Below are positions 29,915 to 41,024 of a DNA stretch of 64,000 bases, piece by piece. The DNA lies in contig CAVTTN010000002.1 of NCBI GenBank assembly GCA_963737655.1, forward strand, positions 7,040,001-7,104,000. Direction: 5' to 3'. The stretch's first letter is position 1, and every line of letters begins with the position of its first letter. The notes below the pieces were generated by a model. The model saw nothing but the letters and a program-made list of their open reading frames with translations. It ran no database searches and was not told where the DNA came from. The stretch comes from an uncultured Planctomycetota bacterium. GTDB taxonomy: Bacteria > Planctomycetota > Planctomycetia > Isosphaerales > Isosphaeraceae. Both the position numbers and the translations under genes were made by a program.

Positions 29915-31294
29915 GTGCGCAAGACGTTCGTGGCCGCGGCCGGATCGGTGCTGGTGATGGCGGCGGCGGCCCGGGGGGGAGGTCATCCCCCGAGGGTCTC
30001 GCCCCCGTTCGCCTCTCAGCCGCCGGGTGCGAGCTTCGAGAAGCACATCACCCGGGCCCAGAAGGCGATGGTCCTGCGGGATTGCTGGCGCGCGACGGTC
30101 GCCGAAGCGGTCCATCACCCGCTGATCTCGGTCGGGATGGGGCCGGGGAGGCTGGCCGAGAGGGTGGCGGTCGGCGTCTCGGAGACGATCCCGAAATCTC
30201 CCGTCCCGCCGGCCCACCAGTGCCCCGAGGCCGGCGGCCCGCCGACCCTGGCGAGGATCACCCCTCTGTTCGATAGCCGCCCGGCTTACGACGCTCTGCT
30301 CGGCCTGATCGCCTCGGCGACCCATCGGATCGACCTCATGATCTTCGGCTGGGATGACGACGTCGCCGGCCGGTTCGTCGCGGCTTCGCTGATCGAGAGG
30401 GCCCGCCAGGGGGTCCGCGTCCGCTTGATGGTCGATCGCGGGTCGTTCGTCAGCGGGGAGGGAAACGCGAAGGTCGCCCGGGGCTGCCCCACGTTCCTGG
30501 ACGACCTGAAGATCACGCCCAATATCACGGTCATCGAGACGCCCGACGCCTTCTTCCGGTTCGATCACCGCAAGGTCGCCGTGATCGACGACCGGATCGT
30601 CTGGACCGGCGGGATGATCCTGACCCGGCCCGCCCTGTTCCGCTGGCACAACTTCGCGTTCCTGGCCGAAGGGCCGATCGTCCCCCAGTACGCGGCCCTC
30701 TTCGACGAGCGATGGGCCGAGCTCGGCGGCCCGCGCGCACCTCGGCTCCCGGCGAATCCGGACGCTCCGCCGAACGCGACCGTCCGCATGGTTCGCACCG
30801 ACGTCGGCGAGCGGTCGCTGAAGGAGGCGGTCTACGGGGCCGTCGATACGGCCACGCATCATATTTATCTCGAAAATCCCTATTTCAGCGATGAGATCCT
30901 CATCAAGAAGCTCTCCGCCGCGGCGGCCCGGGGGGTGGACGTCCGCGCGGTCTTGACGATGAGGGGGGACGTCGCCGTGATGAACCGGATCGTCGCCCTG
31001 ACGGCGAACCGCCTCCTCCGAGGCGGGGCCCACGTCTACCTCTATCCGGCGATGACCCACGTCAAGGCGATGTCGGTGGACGGGCGGTGGGCCTACATCG
31101 GCACCGGGAATTTCGACGACCTGAGCCTCCGCAACAATCGCGAGGTCTCGCTGACGGTCCACGGCCCGGAGCTGATCGGCCGGATCGACGAGGGGCTGTT
31201 CCTCCGCGACATGGCGGTCTCCGAGGAGCTCCATGCCCTCCTGCCGACGCCGAAGGGCCGGCTCCTCCTCGAAGCGTCCTCCCTCCTGTATTGA
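29915..31294 (+). CDS. Phospholipase D / cardiolipin synthase-like protein
   Basis: Two HKD motifs: HRKVAVID and HVKAMSVD...GTGNFD; ENPYF. Confidence 0.88.
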   Translation: MRKTFVAAAGSVLVMAAAARGGGHPPRVSPPFASQPPGASFEKHITRAQKAMVLRDCWRATVAEAVHHPLISVGMGPGRLAERVAVGVSETIPKSPVPPAHQCPEAGGPPTLARITPLFDSRPAYDALLGLIASATHRIDLMIFGWDDDVAGRFVAASLIERARQGVRVRLMVDRGSFVSGEGNAKVARGCPTFLDDLKITPNITVIETPDAFFRFDHRKVAVIDDRIVWTGGMILTRPALFRWHNFAFLAEGPIVPQYAALFDERWAELGGPRAPRLPANPDAPPNATVRMVRTDVGERSLKEAVYGAVDTATHHIYLENPYFSDEILIKKLSAAAARGVDVRAVLTMRGDVAVMNRIVALTANRLLRGGAHVYLYPAMTHVKAMSVDGRWAYIGTGNFDDLSLRNNREVSLTVHGPELIGRIDEGLFLRDMAVSEELHALLPTPKGRLLLEASSLLY

Positions 31295-31347
31295 ATCGAG
31301 GATCCCAGACGGGACGGGGGCCGGTGGCTCGCGGACGAGGGGCCTGT

Positions 31348-31493
31348 CCTGCTCTGGAGAAAACCCCCCTTGAGAATGAGGAGACGAGTAGGTCCGACTT
31401 CAGTCGGGCCTACACAACAAAACCTTCTTGTAGGCCCGACTGAAGTCGGACCTACTGGTCTCCTCTCCATCACCGGGTTTTCTCCAGAGCAGG
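31348..31493. repeat. Nested palindromic element: 19-bp terminal IR enclosing an inverted GTAG-REP doublet
   Basis: CCTGCTCTGGAGAAAACCC (31348) / GGGTTTTCTCCAGAGCAGG (31475); GTAGGTCCGACTTCAGTCGGGCCTAC (31388-31413) with its exact reverse complement at 31430-31455. Confidence 0.88.
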
Positions 31494-31764
31494 CCGGTCC
31501 CCATTCCGTCGGCGAGCGGGGCCTTGCCGGGAAATCGGTCTCGCCGGCAATCCTTCGGGATCGCCGGGTCCGCCGGCTTGTTTGACGGGTTGCCGCCGGT
31601 CCATACTTGAGGGAAGGGGCCGACCCGGGCGTTGCGACGGGCCGGTCGCGCCGTCCCTGACGCTGATTAGGAAGCGTCGGGACGGCAGAGGATTTGCGTC
31701 TTGTCCACGGACCCGCACCGGCGACCCCCCGCGCCGCCCCTCGATCGTCCGCCGGAGGCTGCTC

Positions 31765-33021
31765 GTGATCTCGAAGCGATCCGTCCTCCCCGTCCTGGCC
31801 CTGATGGCGATGGCCGCGGCCAGCGGGGGCTGCGCCCGATCGACGGCCCAGGTCGCCCCGGCCGAGCCGCCCGCCTTGCCCGTGAGCAAGCCGGCCCGCC
31901 GGGAGATCATCAACTACGCCGAGTTCACCGGCCGGACCGACGCCGTCCAGGCCGTGGACATCCGCCCACGGGTCACCGGCTACCTGATGCGGATGCCGTT
32001 CCGGGAAGGCTCGGAGGTGAAGAAGGGCGAGCTCCTCTTCGAGATCGACCCCCGGCCCTATCAGGCCCAGCTCGATCAGGCCAACGGCCAGGTGAACCTG
32101 TACAAGGCCCAGTACAAGCTCGCCCAGCTCAACTACGCGAGAGACCACGCCGTCGCCGCCAAGGTGCCCGGGAGCATCAGCCAGCAGCAGCTCGACCAGG
32201 ACCTCGCCGCCATCGACGAGGCCGCCGCGCGGGTCAAGGCGTATGAGGCCTATACGGAGGTCTACACGCTGAATCTGGAGTTCACCAAGGTCACCTCGCC
32301 GATCGACGGCCTGATCAGCCGCTATTACCTGACCGTCGGCAACCTGGTGAACCAGGACCAGACGCTCTTGACCACCGTCGTCTCGCTCGACCCGATGTAC
32401 GTCTACTTCGACATGGACGAGCCGACCCTGCTGAGGCTCCGCAAGGCGAGGAACTCGGGCGAGCTGAAGCCGGCCCCGGCGGGCGAGTATCCGGTGCTGA
32501 TGGCGCTTCAGGGGGAAGACAGCTTCGGCCACAAGGGGGCCGTCAATTTCGTGAACAACCAGGTCAACCCGGCGACGGGGAGCATCACGCTCCGCGGGGT
32601 CTTCGCCAACCCGAAGGCCGAGGGCGGGACCCGGCTGCTCTCTCCGGGGATGTTCGTGCGGATCCGGCTGCCGATCGGCCAGCCCCACCAGGCGCTTTTG
32701 GTGATCGACCGCGCCATCGGGTCGGACCAGGGCCAGAAGTTCGTGTACGTGGTCGATGGGCAGAACAAGGTGCAGTACCGGCGGATCAGCACCGGGACGC
32801 TCCAGGAAGACGGCCTCCGGGAGATCACCCAGGGCCTCAAGCCGGAGGACCTCGTGCTCGTCGGCGGCCTCCAGCAGGTCCGCCCCCAGACGAAGATCCA
32901 GCCGGAACCCCGGGCGATGCCGACCCTGAGCGCGCCGTCGGCCGTCCCGGTCGAGCCGACGGCCGCCCCGGCCCCGGCCCCGGGCGGGGCCGGCTCGGGC
33001 GGGGCTCGTCCGAAGTCCTGA
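31765..33021 (+). CDS. RND efflux periplasmic adaptor (MFP) lipoprotein
   Basis: SGGC lipobox, IRPRVTGYL, VKKGELLFEIDPRPY, SPIDG, LLSPGMFVRI; start codon uncertain. Confidence 0.92.
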   Translation: MISKRSVLPVLALMAMAAASGGCARSTAQVAPAEPPALPVSKPARREIINYAEFTGRTDAVQAVDIRPRVTGYLMRMPFREGSEVKKGELLFEIDPRPYQAQLDQANGQVNLYKAQYKLAQLNYARDHAVAAKVPGSISQQQLDQDLAAIDEAAARVKAYEAYTEVYTLNLEFTKVTSPIDGLISRYYLTVGNLVNQDQTLLTTVVSLDPMYVYFDMDEPTLLRLRKARNSGELKPAPAGEYPVLMALQGEDSFGHKGAVNFVNNQVNPATGSITLRGVFANPKAEGGTRLLSPGMFVRIRLPIGQPHQALLVIDRAIGSDQGQKFVYVVDGQNKVQYRRISTGTLQEDGLREITQGLKPEDLVLVGGLQQVRPQTKIQPEPRAMPTLSAPSAVPVEPTAAPAPAPGGAGSGGARPKS

Positions 33022-33034
33022 GGGACCGTCGTCC

Positions 33035-36000
33035 ATGCTCTCGCGCTTCTTCATCGATCGGCCGATCTTCGCCACGGTCCTGAGCGTGCTCATCACGCTC
33101 GTCGGCGGGATCGCGCTGATGAGCCTGCCCCTGGCCCAGTATCCTCGGATCACTCCGCCCGGGGTGGTCGTGGCGATCACCTATCCCGGCGCCAACGCCC
33201 AGACGGTGGCCGAGACCGTCGCCGCGCCGATCGAGCAGCAGGTCACGGGCGTCCCCGGGATGCTCTACATGTCGTCGCAGTCGGGCAATGACGGCTCCTA
33301 CCAGCTGAGCTGCACGTTCGACGTCGCCACCGACCTGAACGCGGCCCTCGTGATGGTCCAGAACCGGGTGACCCTGGCCATGCCCCTGCTTCCCACGGCC
33401 GTCCAGAGGCAGGGCATCGCGATCCGCAAGAGGACGCCCGACATCCTCATGATGGTCGATTTCACGTCCTCCGACGGCCGTTACGACGACGTGTATCTGA
33501 GCAATTTCGTCCTGATCAACGTCCGGGACGAGATCCTCCGAGTGGACGGGGTCTCGGACATCAACATCATGGGCGAGAGGGATTACAGCGTCCGCGCCTG
33601 GCTCGACCCGCAGAAGCTCGCCTCGAGGAACATGACGGCCAACGACGTGGCCAACGCGGTGCGGTCGCAGAACATCGAGGCGGCCCTGGGGCAGATCGGC
33701 CAGGCGCCGATGGACCGCTCCCAGGCGTTCCAACTGCCGATCGACACGCTCGGCCGGCTCTCCAGCCCGGAGCAATTCGGCGACATCATCGTGAAGGTCG
33801 GCCAGAGCCGGCTGGACGTGGCGAGCCGGGGTGGAGGGACGCCTTCCTCGTCGGGGATGACCGTGCCGGGCGGCTCGGGCGGGATGTCCATGGCGATGGG
33901 AGGGACGTCGGGACCGGGCTCGTCGGCCGCGGCGTCGGGCTCGGTCATGCCCTCGATCGACACGCCCGGGATCACCGTGGCCGGCGCCGGCGGCTCCGGG
34001 GCGATGTACGCGACGGCCAACAGCAGCATCTCGCAGTGGCTCCGGCCCGCGACGACCTCGGCCCCGGCGATGGCCGGAGGCGTCTCGACCCTCGGGGGAG
34101 GGACCGCCGGAGGGGGCGGGACCACCGGAGGGGGCGGCACCGCCACCGGGGGGGCGACCATCAGCGGAGGGGCCCAATCCGGCGGAGGAGCGAACACCCC
34201 GACCTCGACCGGAGACCCCTCCGAGGAGGACGACGCCGGGATGCTCGCCAGCGGCCTGCTGGTCGGCGGGGGATCGGCCAACGGGGCGCTCAGCACCTCC
34301 ACTCAGGGCCGAGGCGCCGAGGTCCCGACCACCTCGATCGTCCGCCTCCGCGACGTGGCCCGGGTCGAGATGGGCGCCTTGAACTACAACCAGGCCATCT
34401 TCTTCGACGGCAAGCCGGCCGTCGGCCTGGCCGTCTACCAGCTCCCGGGGACCAACGCCCTGGACGTCGCCGACCGCGTCCGGGCCCGGATGGCGGAGCT
34501 CGCCCAGAGGTTCCCCGAGGGGATCGAATACACCGTCGGATACGACACCACCCCGTTCATCCGCGAGTCGATCGACGAGGTCTTCAAGACCCTGTTCGAC
34601 GCCATCATCCTGGTGGCCATCGTCGTCCTGTTCTTCCTCCAGGACTGGCGGGCGATGATCCTGCCGATGATCGACGTGCCCGTGTCGCTGATCGGCACCT
34701 TCGCCGTGATGGCCGTCCTCGGCTACAGCCTGAACAACATCTCGCTGTTCGGCCTGGTCCTGGCGATCGGGATCGTGGTGGATGACGCGATCGTCGTCCT
34801 CGAGAACATCGAGCGGCAGATGGCCAAGGGGCTGGAGCCTCGCGAGGCCACGCTCCGGGCGATGGAGGAGATCACCGGGCCGATCATCGCCATCACCGTG
34901 GTCCTCAGCGCCGTGTTCGTCCCGTGCGCGTTCATCAGCGGGATCACGGGACGGTTCTTCCAGCAGTTCGCCGTGACGATCGCCGCCTCGACGATCATCT
35001 CGGCCGTCAATGCGCTGACGATGACGCCCTCCCGGGCCCTGCTGATCCTGAAGAGCGGCGGCTTCGGCGGCCACGGGACGAAGCGCGAGGCGCTGCCGTG
35101 GTGGATCTTCGGCGTGATCGGCGGACGCCTCGCCCTGGTCTACGGGCCGAGGTTCCTCGCGGCGCGGTTCGGCCTGCCGGTGCCCGGGGGGGAGGGGCCG
35201 GGCCCGTATCCGTCGTGGGCCTTGACGGTCGGCTGGTGCGCCCCGGGCGTCGTGGTCGGCCTGGCGGTCGGCCGGGTCGTGATCCGCCCGGTCAACGCGG
35301 TCCTCTCCTGGGTCTTCCGGGGGTTCAACGGCCTGTTCGACGCGATGACCTCGGCCTACGGCTGGACGATCGGCAAGGCGTTGAAGTTGTCCTTCCTGGT
35401 CTTGCTGCTCTACGCCGGCCTCCTGGTCCTGACCTGGACCCTCTTCCGAAGCGCGCCGACGGGCTTCGTCCCCCAGCAGGACATGGGCCGGTGCATGGCG
35501 GGCGTCCAGCTCCCGGACTCGTCCTCGCTGGAGAGGACGAAGGAGATCATGAAGCGGATCGAGAAGATCACCCGAGAGACGCCCGGCGTGGCCCACACGA
35601 TCTCAATTTGCGGGATGTCGTTCGTCCAGCAATCCAACGGGCCGAACTTCGGGTCGCTGTTCATCATCCTCGACCCGTTCGCCAAGAGGCAGAAGCCGGA
35701 CCTCAAGGACGAGGCGATCATGGCGAAGCTGCGGGCCCGGTGGGGCCGGGAGGTCCCCGACGCCCGGGCCGTGGTCTTCGGCGCGCCGTCGATCCCCGGG
35801 ATCAGCGTGGCGGGCGGCTTCAAGGTGATCGTCGAGGACCGCGGGGGCTCGGCATCAACAACCTCCAGGACCAGACCGACCGCCTGATCGGTTCCCTCCG
35901 CGACTCGCCGGGCCTGGTGAACGTGAACACGCAGTTCCGCTCGGGAATCCCGCAATACTACCTCGACGTGGACCGCGCGAAGGTCGCCGCCCTGGGGCTC

Positions 36001-37102
36001 TCGCCGGACGAGGTCAACCAGACGCTCCAGATCTATCTCGGCTCCTCGTATGTGAACAGTTTCAATGAATTCGGCCGGCACTGGCAGGTGACGTTGCAGG
36101 CCGAGGGGGAGTTCCGCTCCCGGCCCGAGTCGATCAACCTGTTCCAGGTCCGCAACAAGTGGGGGATGATGGTGCCGGTGGGGACCGTGGCGAGGATTCG
36201 CGAGGTCACCGGGCCGATCTTCGTGAACCGCTACAACCTCTACACGGCCGCGCCGATCACCGGCGGCCTCAAGCCCGGGGCGAACACGGGAGACGTGATC
36301 TCGTCGGTGGATCGCGCGGCCGACGCGGCGCTCCCCCGGTCGATGAAGGCGGACTGGACCGAGTTGATGTACCTCCAGATCCTCGAAGGCAACACCACGC
36401 CCCCGCAGGTCGTCTTCGCGCTGTCGGTCCTGTTCGTGTTCCTCGCGCTCTCGGCCCTTTATGAGAGCTGGACGCTGCCCCTGGCGGTGATCCTGGTCGT
36501 CCCGCTGTGCGTGCTGTGCGCGGTGGTGGGCGTCCTGGCCTCGGGCACGTCGGTGAACATCTTCGTCCAGGTGGGACTGGTGGTCCTGGTGGGCCTGGCG
36601 TGCAAGAACGCGATTTTGATCGTCGAGTTCGCCCGGGAGAAGCACGAGGCCGGGATGCCGGTCCGCGAGGCGACCCAGGAGGCGGCGAGGCTCCGGCTTC
36701 GGCCCATCTTGATGACGTCGTTCGCCTTCATCCTCGGCGTCCTGCCGCTGGTGTACTCGTCGGGGGCAGGGCGCGGAGATGAGGCGGTCGCTGGGCGTGT
36801 CGGTCTTCAGCGGGATGCTCGGCGTGACGATCTTCGGCGTGTTCCTGACCCCCGTGTTCTTCGCCGTGATCCAGGGATTCGGCGAGTCGAAGGTCTTCGG
36901 GAAGGCCCGGACGCGGAAGGTCGTCTCCGGCGTCCTGGGGATCGTCCTGGGGGCCGCGATCGGCTACCTGTTCGGCCGGCTCGGCCTGATGAGGCCGGTC
37001 TGGGCGTCGACGATTGGCGGGGTGGCCGGACTTCTCGGCGTGGCGATGATCCCGAGGCGGACGTTCTTCCCGGAAGACGGGACGAACCGGCGGAGGGCCT
37101 GA
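33035..37102 (+). CDS. HAE1 RND permease 1 with a ~175-aa low-complexity insertion; apparent frameshifts near 35845 and 36770
   Basis: MLSRFFIDRPIFA, IVVDDAIVVLEN, ACKNAILIVEFA, LRLRPILMTS; the three ORF pieces join across G runs. Confidence 0.92.
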
Positions 37103-37105
37103 TCC

Positions 37106-40100
37106 GTGCTGTCCCGATTCTTCATCGACCGCCCCGTGTTCGCCACGGTCGTCTCGGCCGTGATCGTCCTGGCCGGGATCGTCTCGTACTTCGCCCTGCC
37201 CGTGGCGCAGTATCCCGACGTGGCGCCGGCCACGGTGCAGGTCCGCGCCTCATACCCCGGCGCCAATGCCCAGACCGTCCGCGACACCGTCGCCGCGCCG
37301 ATCGAGGAGCAGATCAGCGGCGTCGAGGGCATGCTCTACATGTCCTCCACGTCCACCAATGACGGCGCCTACTCGCTGACCGTCACGTTCAAGGCGGGGA
37401 TGGACTCGGACATGGCCCAGGTCCTGGTCCAGAACCGCGTGAGCCTGGCCTTGCCCGTCATCCCCGCCCTGGTGCAGAACGAGGGGATCACCGTCAAGAA
37501 GATGTCCCCGAGTACGTTGATGATCGTCAACCTCGTCTCGCCCGACGACAGCCACGACGCCACGTTCCTGAGCAATTACGCGACGATCTATGTGAAGGAC
37601 GAGCTCGGGCGGCTCGACGGGGTGGCGGGGATCACCTATCTCGGCCAGCGCGATTACAGCCTCCGGGCCTGGCTCGACCCGGACCGGATGGCGGCGCTGG
37701 GCCTGGGCGCGATGGACGTGGTCACCGCGATCGCCCAGCAGAACCTCCAGGTCGCGGCCGGTCAGATCGGCCAGCCGCCGGCCGATCGCAGCCAGCAATT
37801 CCAGCTCAGCATCAACACCAAGGGCCGCCTGACCGACCCCGAGGAGTTCGCCGCCATCATCGTCAAGGGCGCGACGACCAACCCGATGACGCAGACGACC
37901 ACGGGGACCGCCGCCGAGGCCACCTCGGGGGCGGCCCCGGCCTCGGGCGCCGCCGGATCGAGCGGGACGGGGCAGCTCGGCACCTCGGGCGGCGTGAGCG
38001 GGACGGCCCCGCCGTCCACCGGCATCGTCTACCTCCGAGACGTGGTGACTCGCGACATCGAAGGCCGCCCCCGGATCGAGCTCGGGTCCCAGCAATACGA
38101 CCAGGCCTGCACGCTCGACCGTCACCCCTCGGTCGCGCTGTCGATCTTCCAGCTGCCCGGCTCCAACGCCCTGGGGACCGCCGAGAAGGTCCAGGCCAAG
38201 ATGAAGCAGTTGAAGAACGGCTTCCCGGAGGGGCTCGACTACCAGATCGTCTACGACACCACCCCGTTCATCCGCGAGTCGATCGACGAGGTGGGCCGGA
38301 CCCTCGTCGCGGCCGTCGTGCTCGTGGCCATCGTCGTCCTGTTCTTCCTCCAGGACTGGAAGGCGATGATCCTGCCGATGATCGACGTGCCCGTGTCGCT
38401 GATCGGCACCTTCGCCGTGATGGCCGCCCTGGGCTTCACCCTGAACAACCTCACGCTGTTCGGCCTGGTCCTGGCGATCGGGATCGTGGTGGATGACGCC
38501 ATCGTCGTCCTCGAGAACATCGAGCGGCAGATGGCCCGCGGGCTGGACGTCCGGACGGCGACGATCAAGGCGATGGAGGAGATCACCGGGCCGGTCCTGG
38601 CGATCACGATGGTCCTCTGCGCGGTGTTCATCCCGTGTTGCTTCATGGGCGGGGTCAGCGGGCAGTTCTTCCGGCAGTTCGCCGTCACGGTGGCCACCTC
38701 GACGGTGATCTCGGCCATCAACGCGCTGACCATGACGCCCTCCCGGGCCGTGATGATCTTCAAGACCGATGCCACGGCCGAGGGCCACAAGCATCGTCGC
38801 GAGGCCCTGCCGTGGTGGATCTTCGGCGTCCTCGGCGGGCTGCTCACGGCGTCGCTCGGCCCGAAGTTCCTGCCCCAACTGCCGGCCCTCCTCGCCATCC
38901 CGGCCGACGAGGCGAACGGCTCGATCCGGGCGTGGCTGGTCTGGAGCGCGTATTTCGCGCCCGGGGCGCTCGTCGGCGGGATCCTCGGAGCGTTGATCAT
39001 CCGGCCGGTGAACGTCGCCCTGGGATGGCTGTTCGGCGCGTTCAACCGGATATTCGACTGGCTGACCGAGGTCTACGGCAAGATGGTGGCCGGGCTCCTC
39101 CGCCTGAGCCTCATCGCCCTGTTCCTCTACGGGGGCCTGCTGATCCTGACCGGCTGGCAGTTCTACCGGGCGCCATCGGGCTTCATCCCCCAGCAGGACA
39201 AGGGCTACCTGATCCTCAACGTCCAGCTCCCCGACGCCGCCGCCGTGGACCGGACTCGCCGGGTGCTCGACCGGATCGAGCAGGTCGCCCTGAGTACCCC
39301 GGGCGTGGAGCACACGTTGGGGGTCGCCGGTCGGTCCCTGATCCTCAACGCCAACGCGCCCAATCTGGCGTCGATGTACGTGATCCTCAAGGAGTTCGGC
39401 GAGCGAGACGCCCAGGGCCTGACCGCCGAGTCCATCGCGGCTCAGCTTCGCCAGAGGTGCCAGCAGGAGGTTCGAGGCGGGGTGGTCTCGACGTTCGGCG
39501 GCCCGTCGGTCGAGGGGCTGGGCACCACCGGAGGCTTCCGGATGATCGTCGAGGACCGGGGCAACCTCGGCCTGGGCGAGCTCCAGAGGGTCACCGACCA
39601 GATCGTCAGCCGAGGCAACCGGACGGCCGGGCTCCGCGGCCTCTTCAGCGGCTCCCGGGCCAGCACGCCCTGGCTCTACCTCGACATCGACCGCACCAAA
39701 TGCATGGCGCTGGGGATCTCGATCAGCGACCTGTTCAACACCTTGCAGGTCTACCTCGGCTCCTATTACGTGAACAACTTCAACAATTTCGGCCGGACCT
39801 GGCAGGTCGTCGTCCAGGCCGACCAGACCTTCCGCGACCGGGTGGACGAGATCCGCAAGCTCCAGGTCCGCAACAACCAGGGACAGATGGTCCGGCTCGG
39901 GACGCTCCTGGACGTCCGCGACACGATCGGCCCGGTCATGCTCCTCCGCTACAACCTGTATTCGGCCGCCGCGATCACCGGGGACGCCTCGCCGGGCACC
40001 AGCTCGGGCCAGGCGATCGCGATGGTCCAGAAGGTGGCCGACGAGGAGATGCCCCGGTCGATGGCGTCGGACTGGACCGAATTGACCTACCTCCAGCTCC

Positions 40101-40706
40101 AGGCGGGCAACACCACGCTGATCTCCTTCGGCCTGGCGGTGATGTTCGTGTTCCTGGTCCTGGCGGCCCTGTACGAGAGCTGGACGCTGCCCCTGGCGGT
40201 GATCCTGGTGGTGCCGATGTGCCTGCTGTGCTCGATCGCCGGGGTCGAGGCTCGCGGGCTCGGAGGTGACGATCTTCACGCAGATCGGCTTCGTGGTGCT
40301 GGTGGGGCTGGCGAGCAAGAACGCGATCCTGATCGTCGAATTCGGCAAGCAGCTCCAGGAGGCGGGCGTCCCCCGGTGGGAGGCGACCCTCCAGGCGTCG
40401 AAGCTCCGGCTCCGGCCGATCGTGATGACGTCGTTCGCCTTCATCCTGGGCGTCCTGCCCCTGGTGATCGCCACCGGGGCCGGCGCCGAGATGCGCAAGG
40501 CCCTGGGCGTGGCGGTCTTCGGCGGGATGCTCGGCGTGACGGTCTTCGGCGTGTTCCTCACCCCGGTGTTCTTCTACGTGATCCGCCGGATCGACCGCGA
40601 GACGCCGGGCGGCCCGCCCGGGGCCAAGCCGGGGCCGGTGGACGTGCCCGTCCCGATCGCGGACGTCGATCCGGGCAGCCCCGCGCCGATCTCGGGCACG
40701 GCCTGA
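37106..40706 (+). CDS. HAE1 RND permease 2 with a ~50-aa low-complexity insertion; apparent frameshift near 40250
   Basis: MLSRFFIDRPVFA, IVVDDAIVVLEN, ASKNAILIVEF, LRLRPIVMTS. Confidence 0.92.
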
Positions 40707-41024
40707 AATCCCTCGGCGCGGCCTCCGCCGAAAAATACATGGCCATCCCGTCACAAGACTCTATCTTGTCGCGAGCGTTCCCTTTATTCTAGGCATCCTC
40801 GATCGGCCGTTGACGGTCCAGGGAGATGCGTCGGCGGGGGGGCCTGGGGGGGCGTCGACGGGATTTTCGGCCTCCCCCGCGTGAAAGCCTCTTTCCGGGC
40901 CTCGGTCGGCCGGTCGAGGACGCCGTATCCATTGACGATGTGGGTGCGTGGCGGACGTGATGCAGGACGCGAAGACATTCGACCTCTCCCACACCCCTGC
41001 ATTCCTCCATTGAGGGCCAGCCCA

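Noticed and set aside
40707..41024. Riboswitch upstream of the adhesin
   Set aside because: Only a short ACAAGA/TCTTGT dyad and G runs; no c-di-GMP or other consensus recognised
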